This document shows positions 1 through 9,227 of a stretch of DNA of 24,000 nt, piece after piece. A model generated the notes under the pieces. It was not told the DNA's origin. It was given only the letters and a program-made list of their open reading frames with translations, and did no database searches. This stretch comes from Candidatus Pacearchaeota archaeon (GTDB taxonomy: Archaea > Nanobdellota > Nanobdellia > Pacearchaeales > GW2011-AR1), in NCBI GenBank assembly GCA_038874355.1, contig JAVZCO010000001.1, positions 84,913 to 108,912 of the forward strand. Direction: 5' to 3'. Within the stretch, counting starts at the first letter, position 1; the number at the start of each line of letters is the position of its first letter. The position numbers and the translations under genes were made by a program.

Positions 1-57
1 AGGGGAGTTTTTAATTATTTTGGAAATATTTATTAATTGAGTTAATTTTATAGAGAA

Positions 58-1428
58 ATGAAAAATGATATTGTAAAAATAGGCCTAGAAATACATTGTT
101 ATTTAACAACAAAAGAAAAATTGTTTTGTAGATGCAAAGCAATAAGACATTTTGTTAAACAAAATATAAAACCCAATACAAATATTTGCCCTATTTGTAC
201 AGGAATGCCTGGAAGTAAGCCTATGTTGCCTAACGAAGAAGCAATAAAAAAAGCAATTTCTATAGGATTAATATTAAATTGTAATATTAATAAAAAAATA
301 ATCTGGCAAAGAAAACATTATGACTGGCCAGATTTACCAAAAGGATATCAGATAACTCAATCCGGAAGTTATAGTATTCCTTTAGCAGAAAAAGGTTTTT
401 TTGATGGAATAAAAATAAAAGAATTACACTTAGAAGAAGATCCTGCTTCATGGAACCCAGAAACAGGAGAAATAGATTACAATAGGTCTGGCTTACCATT
501 AGTAGAAATTGTTACAGAGCCTAATTTTAATTCTTCTGAACAAGTTGTTGAATGGATAAAAAATCTTTTATTAACTTTATCTTACATAAAAGCAATCGAA
601 AAAAATGCAGGAATAAAAGTTGATGTCAATATATCAACAAATAATGGTGAGAGGGTAGAAGTAAAAAATATTTCTTCTATAGAAAACATAAAAAAAGCAA
701 TAGATTATGAATTAAAAAGACAAAAAAAAGAGACAGCAAAAAGAGAAACAAGAAGATTTGATGAAACAATAAATAAAACTGTAGTAATGAGAAAAAAGGA
801 AAAAGAAGAGGACTATAGATTTATACCAGAGCCAGATTTGCCTATACTAAAAATTTCTGAAAAAGAAATAGAAGATATAAAAAAATCTCTTCCAGAAACA
901 CCTTCGGAAAAATTAAACAAATTAATAAAAAAGTATAAAATAGATGAAAAGAATGCTAAAATTTTAACAAAAAATTTAGATATAGTAGAATTTTTTGAAG
1001 GAGTAGCAGAAAAAATAGATGCAAAATTTGCATTGCCATGGATAACTATAGAATTATTAAGAGTTTTAAACTATAATAAAAAAAGTTTAGATGAAGTTGA
1101 TATTAAAGTAGAACATTTTATAGAACTTTTAGAAGCCGTAAAAAATAAAAAAATAACAGAACTAAAAGCAAAACAAATTTTAAATGAATTTGTTCCTAAT
1201 TCCTTTTCAATAAAAAAGAACCTTAAAGAATTTGAAAAGATATCTGAAAAAGAAATTGAAAAAATTTGTAAAGAAGTAATAGAAGAGAATAAAAAAGCAG
1301 TTTCTGATTACAAAAATGGAGAAGAAAAAGCTTTATCTTTTCTTATTGGAGCAGTAATGAAAAAGAGTGATAGAAGAGCAGATATTAATTTAATTAAAAA
1401 AATTTTATTAAAGGAAATAGAAAAGTAA
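58..1428 (+). CDS. gatB: Asp-tRNA(Asn)/Glu-tRNA(Gln) amidotransferase subunit B
   Basis: 456 aa ORF with GLEIHCYL, the Cys motif CRC...CPICTGMPGSKP, HLEEDP, DYNRSGLPLVEIVTEP, and C-terminal FLIGAVMKKSDRRAD, all typical of GatB. Confidence 0.95.
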   Translation: MKNDIVKIGLEIHCYLTTKEKLFCRCKAIRHFVKQNIKPNTNICPICTGMPGSKPMLPNEEAIKKAISIGLILNCNINKKIIWQRKHYDWPDLPKGYQITQSGSYSIPLAEKGFFDGIKIKELHLEEDPASWNPETGEIDYNRSGLPLVEIVTEPNFNSSEQVVEWIKNLLLTLSYIKAIEKNAGIKVDVNISTNNGERVEVKNISSIENIKKAIDYELKRQKKETAKRETRRFDETINKTVVMRKKEKEEDYRFIPEPDLPILKISEKEIEDIKKSLPETPSEKLNKLIKKYKIDEKNAKILTKNLDIVEFFEGVAEKIDAKFALPWITIELLRVLNYNKKSLDEVDIKVEHFIELLEAVKNKKITELKAKQILNEFVPNSFSIKKNLKEFEKISEKEIEKICKEVIEENKKAVSDYKNGEEKALSFLIGAVMKKSDRRADINLIKKILLKEIEK

Positions 1429-2550
1429 TCATTTTAATAATTCTAATATTGTTCCTATAAGAAATATTAAAGAAAATAAAAATATAATAAATTTATTTAT
1501 TTTTAATTCATACTCTGGTTTTCTTTCACTATTCTTTTTCGCATTATAATTCATAAATAAAATTAAAATTCCAGTTAAACCGCCAGAAATAACGCCACCT
1601 ATACCTAATATTTTTATAAAACTATCTATTTTAAATATATAAAATAACAAAAAAATAATGAATGGAACAAAAGAAGAAAAAATCCATCCTTTCATTCTTC
1701 CTAATTTTAAATCAAATCTAAACATGTCACGTATTGCAATAGACAAAGAAAAATAAGCTGTAAACAAAGTAAGTACAGCTAAAGATGAGTAAATTCTGTT
1801 TAAAGATAAAGTTGCAATTTCATTTATGTTTTCTGCAAAATTTCCTAACAATACAAAACTAAAAATAGAATATAATATAAAAGGAACTAAAGTTCCTATT
1901 ATTATTACATCTTTTATATAATTTTCTTTTCCATGCATAACTCTATTAACTTCTGGTATAGCAGAAAAACCTAAAAAACTAAAAAGAATAACACCAAAAG
2001 GCAAAAAAAAATTTTCTTTATTTACATACATTAGATTTTCTAATTTTATTGACTTTACATAATTAATAAAAATAATTAGAAACAAAATAATAACTAAAAA
2101 CATTGAAATTTTTTCATATTTTTTTAAGGCTTTTAATCCAATAAAAGTTAAATAACACATTATTAGCCAGAAAAAACAAGAAAAAATAAAACTATAATTG
2201 AAATTTCCAAAAATTAGATAAGATAAACTTTCTCCTTCAGCAATAATGTATGCTATTAAAGCAGAATATATACCAAAAATTGTTGCAAAAAACATTAAAA
2301 ATTTTCCTATTTCTCCAGTATATTTTTCTGCATATCCAACAAGTTGAAGATTTCCTTTTGTTCTTAATACTATTTCTCCTAAATATAATTTTATAGTAAG
2401 AATAAATAAAAAAACAAATAAAATAACTAATAAACCTGGTATAAATCCTGATTTACTAACAACATAAGGAATTCCTAAAAATCCTGCGCCTACAATAGTT
2501 CCAATTAATATTGCTAAAGCTGGAATAAATTTTAATATTGTTTTCACCAT
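1429..2550 (-). CDS. Amino acid permease (APC/aromatic amino acid transporter-like), multi-pass membrane protein
   Basis: 373 aa, about 10 or more hydrophobic segments; N-terminus ILIGTIVGAGFLGIPYVVSKSGFIPG matches the conserved first TM of amino acid permeases. Confidence 0.75.
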   Translation of the reverse strand: MVKTILKFIPALAILIGTIVGAGFLGIPYVVSKSGFIPGLLVILFVFLFILTIKLYLGEIVLRTKGNLQLVGYAEKYTGEIGKFLMFFATIFGIYSALIAYIIAEGESLSYLIFGNFNYSFIFSCFFWLIMCYLTFIGLKALKKYEKISMFLVIILFLIIFINYVKSIKLENLMYVNKENFFLPFGVILFSFLGFSAIPEVNRVMHGKENYIKDVIIIGTLVPFILYSIFSFVLLGNFAENINEIATLSLNRIYSSLAVLTLFTAYFSLSIAIRDMFRFDLKLGRMKGWIFSSFVPFIIFLLFYIFKIDSFIKILGIGGVISGGLTGILILFMNYNAKKNSERKPEYELKINKFIIFLFSLIFLIGTILELLK

Positions 2551-2590
2551 CTTTTTTACTATAAATCATAAGATATTACTTTTAAGATTA

Positions 2591-2662
2591 TAGGCCTACG
2601 AGGATTCGAACCTCGATTTCTCGGTCCGAAGCCGAGTAGTCTATCCATTGACTTATAGGCCT
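2591..2662 (-). tRNA. tRNA-Arg, anticodon TCG
   Basis: Read on the minus strand: AGGCCTA-TA-AGTC-AATGGATA-GACT-A-CTCGG-CTTCGGA-CCGAG-AAAT-CGAGG-TTCGAAT-CCTCG-TAGGCCT-A. Full cloverleaf, 7-bp acceptor, discriminator A, CCA not encoded. Confidence 0.97.
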
Positions 2663-2740
2663 AATCTTCTAAATGTATTTTAAATATACAATTATTATAT
2701 CGAAAGATTTAATAAATGTTTTTATTTAAAATTAATTATA

Positions 2741-4177
2741 ATGAAGAAGAAAAAAGAACTTGGAATAACAGCAAAAAAAGATGAATTTTCAGAATGGTTT
2801 ACTCAACTCATAATAAAAGCAGATTTGGCAGATTATTCTTCTGTTTCGGGATGTTTAGTTTATAAACCCTATTCTTATGCAATATGGGAAAAAATAAAAG
2901 AAATATTAGACAAAGAATTTAAAAAGATTGGAATAAAAAATTGTTATTTTCCTTTATTCATACCAGAAAAATTACTAGAAAAAGAAAAAGAACATGTCGA
3001 AGGATTTTCTCCAGAAGTAGCATGGGTCATTAAAGCGGGAAATACAGACTTAAAAGAAAAATTAGCTATAAGGCCTACAAGCGAAGCAATAATGTATGAT
3101 TCTTATTCCAAATGGATTAGAAGTTATAGAGATTTACCATTAAGATTAAATCAATGGAATAATGTTGTTAGATGGGAATTTAAAAACCCAATACCTTTTT
3201 TAAGAACAAGAGAATTTTTATGGAATGAAGGGCATCATGTTTATTCTAATGAAAAAGAACTAAATGAAGATAAAGAAAAAATACTAAAAATTTATTATAA
3301 TTTTATGAAAGAATATATGGCTTTACCTGGAATAATAGGAAGAAAAACAGAAAAAGAAAAATTTGCAGGAGCAAAAGCAACCTACACGATAGAAGTTATT
3401 TTGCCTAATGGAAAAGCTATTCAAGGACCAGATTATCATGATGATGGTCAAAATTTTTCAAAAGCATACAATATAAAATATTTAGATGAAGATGGAAAGG
3501 AAAAATATGTTTATCAATCAACTTATGCAATTTCAACAAGAATGCTTGGAGTTATGTTTATTGTTCATTCAGACAACAAAGGTTTAATATTACCACCTAA
3601 ACTAGCTCCAATACAAATTGTTATTGTTCCTATATTTTTCGAGAAATCAAAAGAGAAAGTTTTAAAAGAAGCAAAAGAATTAGAAAAAAAACTAAAAAAT
3701 TATAATGTTTTTTTAGATTCTAGAGAAAATTACAAACCTGGATTTAAATTTAATGAGTGGGAATTAAAAGGAGTTCCTTTGAGAATAGAAATTGGTCCTA
3801 AGGATATAGAAAAAAACCAGGTTGTTATTGTAAAAAGAACAACAAATGAAAAAAGAATTGTTAAAATTAAGAATATAGAAAAAGAAGTGAAAAAAACTTT
3901 GGAAGAAATACATAATGAACTTTATGAAAAAGCATTAAAACTAATGAACGAAAGTATTTTAATAGCTAAAGATTTTGAAGAGTTAAAAAGAATAATAAAT
4001 AATAAAAAAATTGCTTTAACTACATTATGTTCTTCAGAAGGATGTGAGGAAAAAATAAAAGAAGAAACATCTGCAAAAACCCTTAATATACCTGAAGATA
4101 AAAAAATAGGAAATGAAAAGTGTATTATTTGTAATAAAAAAGCGTCCTATTATGTTTATATTGGAAAAAGTTATTAA
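2741..4177 (+). CDS. proS: Prolyl-tRNA synthetase, archaeal/eukaryal type
   Basis: 478 aa; GITAKKDEFSEWFTQLIIKADLADYSSVSGCLVYKPYSYAIWE, IRPTSEAIMY, TREFLWNEGHH and the C-terminal Cys-rich Zn domain. Confidence 0.96.
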   Translation: MKKKKELGITAKKDEFSEWFTQLIIKADLADYSSVSGCLVYKPYSYAIWEKIKEILDKEFKKIGIKNCYFPLFIPEKLLEKEKEHVEGFSPEVAWVIKAGNTDLKEKLAIRPTSEAIMYDSYSKWIRSYRDLPLRLNQWNNVVRWEFKNPIPFLRTREFLWNEGHHVYSNEKELNEDKEKILKIYYNFMKEYMALPGIIGRKTEKEKFAGAKATYTIEVILPNGKAIQGPDYHDDGQNFSKAYNIKYLDEDGKEKYVYQSTYAISTRMLGVMFIVHSDNKGLILPPKLAPIQIVIVPIFFEKSKEKVLKEAKELEKKLKNYNVFLDSRENYKPGFKFNEWELKGVPLRIEIGPKDIEKNQVVIVKRTTNEKRIVKIKNIEKEVKKTLEEIHNELYEKALKLMNESILIAKDFEELKRIINNKKIALTTLCSSEGCEEKIKEETSAKTLNIPEDKKIGNEKCIICNKKASYYVYIGKSY

Positions 4178-4208
4178 ATTTAATTAAATTATTTTTTTAA
4201 ATTTTTAT

Positions 4209-5270
4209 CTAATTGTATTTATTTACCAATTCTTCTATCTTATCTTTAAATTTTTTTAAATTTTCTACATTAAGGGTAGCTCCTGTTGCCATTTCGTGAC
4301 CTCCACCAGTAGCGTTTTCTAATTTTTTTATTGCTTCTTCTGTAATCTTTTTGGCATTTTCCCCACGAATAGAAACATTTGCTTTTGAACCTTTTATATA
4401 AACAACAACAATAAATTTATCTGGGTTTTCATAAAATAGTTTATTAGAAAGATCTGCAGATAAAGAGAGATTCCCAGAATATTGAAAATATATTATCTTT
4501 TTCTCTTTTTTTATAAATTTTTTTGTACGTTCTAATAATTTATTAAATGTTTTTTCTACTTGATTAAATCTTTCTAACATAAAATTTGTTTTTTCTTCTT
4601 TTAATATTTCATAAGGAGATTTTATTTTTTGTAATATTTTTATCATTTTTACAACATTAGAAGTTTTGTCTTTTAAAGCAAAATTTAAAATTCTTACAAT
4701 CTTTCCAAACTCTGTTTTATATAATATATCAAAAGCATTTTTTATATTTTCATAATTTAATAATTCTTTGTAATCTTTTTTAAAATCGCTTATAAAATCT
4801 GGTATATAACCATCACTTATACAACCTGCTAAAGCTATCCATAGATCTTCTCTTTTTTTGTTTATTTTATAACACCAATATGTTACAGGCTCTTTAGATT
4901 TTTTTTCTCCTTTTGCAATATTATAATAATAAATTTTTTCTTTTTCTATATCATAATTTTGATTTACATCATGATGATCTATCCAAACAATGGGTATATT
5001 CATCTCATAAACTTTATTAATAAAATCTTTACTAACTAAAGGTTTATCTAAAATGAATACATAATCTGAATTTAATTCCTCTATTTTTTTTATATAACTC
5101 TTATTTAATTCTGGTCTAGATTTTATTGCAACTCCTTTTCCTTTATTAATAAAACGGCTCAACAAAAGAAAACTACACAAGCCGTCTAAATCGTCATCAA
5201 AAAAAAATAAAGGATTGTTTGTTTTTTCTAAATGAATTAATATTTCTTCTATTTGTTCTTTAGTTAACAT
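4209..5270 (-). CDS. DHH-DHHA1 family phosphoesterase (RecJ/NrnA/GdpP-like)
   Basis: 353 aa; motif I FFDDDLDGLCS, DHH motif (VWIDHHDVNQ), C-terminal DHHA1 motif GGGHEMATGAT. Confidence 0.88.
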   Translation of the reverse strand: MLTKEQIEEILIHLEKTNNPLFFFDDDLDGLCSFLLLSRFINKGKGVAIKSRPELNKSYIKKIEELNSDYVFILDKPLVSKDFINKVYEMNIPIVWIDHHDVNQNYDIEKEKIYYYNIAKGEKKSKEPVTYWCYKINKKREDLWIALAGCISDGYIPDFISDFKKDYKELLNYENIKNAFDILYKTEFGKIVRILNFALKDKTSNVVKMIKILQKIKSPYEILKEEKTNFMLERFNQVEKTFNKLLERTKKFIKKEKKIIYFQYSGNLSLSADLSNKLFYENPDKFIVVVYIKGSKANVSIRGENAKKITEEAIKKLENATGGGHEMATGATLNVENLKKFKDKIEELVNKYN

Positions 5271-5273
5271 TTT

Positions 5274-6407
5274 TTAAAATATTTTTTCTAACATAATATT
5301 TTCTTTTAGTTCGGATAATTCTTTTAAAAAATTATTTACCTTTTCTGGATTTTTTAGTATTTTTTCTAATTCTTTTGGATTACTATTTATTATTGAATCA
5401 AGATTATCGAAATGTTCTATAATCATTTTAATATCTTCCTTTGGGAAATCTAACTTATCAAGTAACCTATATCCTTTAGGTTTTATGTATTCTTCTTTTG
5501 TGTTAGGAAAATATATCTCTATGATTCTAGATGTTTCTAATAGATTATCAAAATTTAATTTAGAAATTTCTTTATTGTATTTTTTATTTTTTTCTTGGCA
5601 ATAGTCTTGTATTATTAATTTTTTTATTTTATCAACTTCTTTAATTAATTCTTTCATTCTTATTTTTAATAAGATTCCTTCATTTCCCAATTCTACTATA
5701 TCTTTTTTCATCATATTTGATATTCTTAAAATAATTTCTATTCTTTGTAATAAAGAAGAAACATCATTTATAGATACTAAGCTTGTAATTTCTAATTTAT
5801 TTAAATTTAACAAGAGATTGTTATAAATTTCTTTTTGTTTTTCTAATATCTGCAGTTTTTCTAAAGATTTATTTAAAATATCTCTTGTATCTCTTAAAGA
5901 ATATTTAAGATTATTATAATATAAAGTTATTGAAGATTTCCTTTCAGAAATCGCTATAACTAAAGTTTTTAGTTGTTTTGCTGTTCTTTCTGCAGCTTGA
6001 TGTCTTGATCCTGTTTCTTCTGTTAAAATTTTTGGGTCGGGAATTAATAAACAATTAGCATAGATAATTTTTTTTAAGTCTTTAGATAAAATAATAGCAC
6101 CATCCATTTTGCTTAATTCAAATAATCTTTGTGGAGTAAATTTGCAATTTAATTTAAAACCTCCGGAAATAATCTCTTCGACATTGCTAGAAGCAATAAC
6201 TATTAGAGCTCCTCTTCTTCCTAAAACAATATCATCTATTCCTCTTCTTAAAGGCGTGCCTGGAGAAACTAATTTCAAAGCATCTAAGATATCAAATTTT
6301 TCTTTCTTTTTTATTTCAATAAAATCCTCTTTCTTTTCTTCTACAGTATTTTTTAAAGAAATAAGATTATTGTCTATATTTTCCTCTTTTTTATTTTTTT
6401 CTTCCAT
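5274..6407 (-). CDS. disA: Full-length DisA-like diadenylate cyclase (DAC domain, helical linker, degenerate HhH tail)
   Basis: 377 aa; LKLVSPGTPLRRGIDDI, GALIVIA, KMDGAIILSKD (DGA motif), TGSRHQAAERTAKQ (RHxxAER motif), linker LEKLQILEKQ...SLLQRIEIILRI, tail KPKGYRLLDKLDFPKEDIKMIIEHFDNLDSII. Confidence 0.92.
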   Translation of the reverse strand: MEEKNKKEENIDNNLISLKNTVEEKKEDFIEIKKKEKFDILDALKLVSPGTPLRRGIDDIVLGRRGALIVIASSNVEEIISGGFKLNCKFTPQRLFELSKMDGAIILSKDLKKIIYANCLLIPDPKILTEETGSRHQAAERTAKQLKTLVIAISERKSSITLYYNNLKYSLRDTRDILNKSLEKLQILEKQKEIYNNLLLNLNKLEITSLVSINDVSSLLQRIEIILRISNMMKKDIVELGNEGILLKIRMKELIKEVDKIKKLIIQDYCQEKNKKYNKEISKLNFDNLLETSRIIEIYFPNTKEEYIKPKGYRLLDKLDFPKEDIKMIIEHFDNLDSIINSNPKELEKILKNPEKVNNFLKELSELKENIMLEKIF

Positions 6408-6427
6408 TTTTTTAAATGGTTAGAAAT

Positions 6428-6437
6428 ATTTATAAAT
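6428..6437. promoter_or_regulatory. Palindromic TATA box ATTTATAAAT shared by the divergent disA and small membrane protein genes
   Basis: The 10-bp palindrome is centred at 6432.5, exactly 25.5 nt from the disA ATG (6407, -) and 25.5 nt from the ATG at 6458 (+). Confidence 0.65.
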
Positions 6438-6457
6438 TATGCTATTATAATACTTAT

Positions 6458-6658
6458 ATGAATAAATGGTTAGAATTATTGATAGGTTTAATACTTTTAG
6501 TAGGAGCAATTATTTTTGCTTTTAATTCTGCAAATTGGGGTGCTTTTTGGAATTTTAAACATGCTGCTTGGGAATTTTTTAAAGGTGGTTTAATTTGGTT
6601 TGTTATTTTAATAGGAGTATTATTCATTATTTTAGGAATATCTGATTTAAAAGAATAA
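6458..6658 (+). CDS. Small membrane protein, 2 predicted TM segments, unknown function
   Basis: The track ORF begins at 6416. The ATG at 6458 (MNKWLELLIGLILLVGAIIFAF...) is preferred because it sits 25 nt after a TATA box. Confidence 0.7.
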   Translation: MNKWLELLIGLILLVGAIIFAFNSANWGAFWNFKHAAWEFFKGGLIWFVILIGVLFIILGISDLKE

Positions 6659-6816
6659 AAAAGAAAGGGGGAAAAATTAAGCAAAAATAATTGCTTTTGA
6701 TAATTATTTCTATAAATTATTTTAAACTATTTTATTAATTAAATTTAAATATTTCTTAATACAAATTTCTTAATATAAATAGAAAAATATATTAATTTCT
6801 TCTTAGTTTTGAATTT

Positions 6817-8034
6817 ATGGAAGATAATTATTTATGTATCAAATGTAAAGGTAAAGGATTGTGTGGAAAAAAATGTCCTATATTAAATAAATTTAAAATT
6901 AAAAATTTAAAAAAAACTTATTTCTCAAGTTCTTTGCCTCCAGAAATTTTTGTTAGCACATACAATTATCCAAATGTAAATAGCGGAATTTTATCTCCAG
7001 AGGAATATGGAGATACTTCTTATTACTCTTCTTCTGAAATATGGTATAAAAATAATTATGATATAGAAAAAATTTTATTCTTGAGATCAAATTTAATTTA
7101 TTCAAAATTTAAAACAAAAATAAAATATGATCAAAAAAATAAATTTTTAGAAATAGCTAAAGAGATATCTTTAACAAATAAGCCTGTTTCTGCAGAAATC
7201 TTTCTTTTAAAACCAATAAAAAATAAAATTTTAATTAATAATTATTATCCCGTCATAGGAAATCCCGCTCCTCTAAAAAATATAAGATTAGGAGAAAATA
7301 TAAAAACAGAAAGGAAAGCAGAATATTTATTAAATGATATTGACGTAAAGGCAGAGGATGCTATAATAGAATTATATAAATCTAAATTAAAAATAGAGCA
7401 GATAATAAGACTTTTATCTGTTGGGAATTTAGGAAGGAAAAAAGAAAGAAAATTAGTTCCTACAAGATGGAGTATTACTGCTACAGATGATATTATCTCA
7501 AGAAAACTTTTAGAAAAAATAAAAACATATCAAGAAATTTCTGAAATTTTAGTTTTTAATTCCTACTACATAGGAAATCATTATGAATTTATATTAATTC
7601 CAGACAAATTCTCCTTTGAAGTTATAGAAGCAAAGCTAACTGGAAGTGTATGGAACCCTAACATGCCAACATATTTTGCAATAGACTATGAAGATTTTTA
7701 TGGAAGGAAAAAATATGCTAAAAATGTAACTGGAGCATATTATGCAAATAGATTAGCTTTATGTGAGTATTTAAAAAAAATAAAAAGACAAGCTGCTTGT
7801 TTAGTAATTAGAGAATGCAGAAAAGAGTATTATGCTCCTTGTGGTGTTGGTGTATTGAGAGAAGCAAGCAGAGGGGCTTTTTCTAAAGAAGCTGAAAGAT
7901 TCTCTAGCTTAAAAGATGCTTTTGAAGTCATACAAAAAAGATTAAAATTACCTATAAAAAATTTTATAGAAAAATCTTGGTTAATAAAAAAATATAAAGA
8001 ACAAAAAAAGATAACTTACTATTTATCTAACTAA
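6817..8034 (+). CDS. nreA: Nre-family archaeal DNA repair protein
   Basis: 405 aa; N-terminal Zn-ribbon CIKCKGKGLCGKKCPI, FSSSLPPEIFVSTYNYPNVNSGILSPEEYGDT, VPTRWSITATDD, C-terminal PIP-box-like QKKITYYL. Confidence 0.88.
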   Translation: MEDNYLCIKCKGKGLCGKKCPILNKFKIKNLKKTYFSSSLPPEIFVSTYNYPNVNSGILSPEEYGDTSYYSSSEIWYKNNYDIEKILFLRSNLIYSKFKTKIKYDQKNKFLEIAKEISLTNKPVSAEIFLLKPIKNKILINNYYPVIGNPAPLKNIRLGENIKTERKAEYLLNDIDVKAEDAIIELYKSKLKIEQIIRLLSVGNLGRKKERKLVPTRWSITATDDIISRKLLEKIKTYQEISEILVFNSYYIGNHYEFILIPDKFSFEVIEAKLTGSVWNPNMPTYFAIDYEDFYGRKKYAKNVTGAYYANRLALCEYLKKIKRQAACLVIRECRKEYYAPCGVGVLREASRGAFSKEAERFSSLKDAFEVIQKRLKLPIKNFIEKSWLIKKYKEQKKITYYLSN

Positions 8035-8589
8035 AAAAATCAAAAGAGTTTCAATTAAAGCTGCTAAAAAGAGTAATGGTAAAATAACATAAATAAATAT
8101 TTCCAATATTAAGGAAAATTCTTTAAAAAATTTATCTTTAAAATTCTTTCCTTTTTTTAAAATAGAAATACCTAACTTTAAACCAAAAGCGAAAGATAAG
8201 AGAACCGCAAATAATTCAAATATACCATGTGGCAATAATTTCCATAGATTCATTACATCATTATTTTTTATTGAAAACTTTATTATATAACCTAATATAT
8301 AACCATTAATTAAAGTTAAAAATAATGGATAAATTCCAAAAAATAAACCAAAAATTAAACCAAAAAAAGCTGTTTTTAAATTATTTTGAAAAATAAAAAT
8401 AAAAATTTGAAAAAAATTCATTCCTTCTGTGATCTTTAATATTTCTTTAATAAGATTATTTATTTTTTCTTCTAAGGAAAAATAAAAAAAATATCCTAAT
8501 ATACTAGAAAAAAAATAAAGAATTAAAATAAAATAAATATAATTTCTATTTTTTTTTATATAATTAATATATTTTACATATTTATTCAT
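8023..8589 (-). CDS. SpoIIM/DUF95-like membrane protein
   Basis: 188 aa; NNLKTAFFGLIFGLFFGIYPLFLTLINGYILGYI...LLPHGIFELFAVLLSFAFGLKLG, typical of the SpoIIM family. Confidence 0.8.
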   Translation of the reverse strand: MNKYVKYINYIKKNRNYIYFILILYFFSSILGYFFYFSLEEKINNLIKEILKITEGMNFFQIFIFIFQNNLKTAFFGLIFGLFFGIYPLFLTLINGYILGYIIKFSIKNNDVMNLWKLLPHGIFELFAVLLSFAFGLKLGISILKKGKNFKDKFFKEFSLILEIFIYVILPLLFLAALIETLLIFLVR

Positions 8590-8591
8590 TT

Positions 8592-9227
8592 TTATCTAAA
8601 AATCTTTCTTAATAAATTTACTTTATTCCTATATTTTCTTTTTAAATAAAATCCATACAATAAACCTATAATAAGACCTCCTAAATGGGCAGTATTTGCA
8701 ATAGTTAAACCTAAACTAATAGAAACTGCCCATAGAGCCAAAAGCATAAAAAGCATTCCTAACCAAAGGGGCATTGGTAAAAAGAAAAATACATAAACTT
8801 TTATTTTCGGCAATAAAATCATTAATAAACCACCCAAAGCAAATAAAGCACCAGAAGCTCCAACAGCATAAGAATTAATGTCTTTATTGAATAAAAAACT
8901 AAACAAAACAAAAAATAAAGCTGCAAAAATTCCACTTAAAATGTAAAATCTAAAAAATCTTTTTCTACCAATAATTTTTTCAACAAAATTCCCAATAAAA
9001 AATAAAGAAATCATATTGGCAAATAAATGGAATGAATTAGCATGCATAAAAAAATGGGTTATGATTGTCCATAAGTATTTTCCTTTCAAAATAAATAATG
9101 GATTTAAAGCTAAATATTTTGTTAAATCTAATTGAACTATAAAAAAAATATTAAATATAAAGAAAAAAAGTATATTTATTATGATAATTAAATTTGTAAC
9201 ACTAATAAAAAAATATTTATTTCTCAT
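8592..9227 (-). CDS. Rhomboid family intramembrane serine protease
   Basis: 211 aa; HxxxN-type region HANSFHLFANM, catalytic GASGALFALGG, catalytic His in NTAHLGGLIIGLLYG. Confidence 0.92.
   Translation of the reverse strand: MRNKYFFISVTNLIIIINILFFFIFNIFFIVQLDLTKYLALNPLFILKGKYLWTIITHFFMHANSFHLFANMISLFFIGNFVEKIIGRKRFFRFYILSGIFAALFFVLFSFLFNKDINSYAVGASGALFALGGLLMILLPKIKVYVFFFLPMPLWLGMLFMLLALWAVSISLGLTIANTAHLGGLIIGLLYGFYLKRKYRNKVNLLRKIFR

Noticed and set aside
287-499. 70-aa minus-strand ORF inside gatB
   Set aside because: Antisense shadow of gatB.
1426-1431. Directly abutting convergent stop codons of gatB and the permease
   Set aside because: Unusual-looking but expected in compact genomes; no evidence of function.
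6109-6423. 104-aa + strand ORF inside disA
   Set aside because: Antisense shadow of a well-supported gene; hydrophobic/Ser-rich translation typical of reversed Lys/Glu codons.
6454-6684. 76-aa minus-strand ORF opposite the small membrane protein
   Set aside because: Antisense shadow; the + strand ORF has a promoter and TM pattern.
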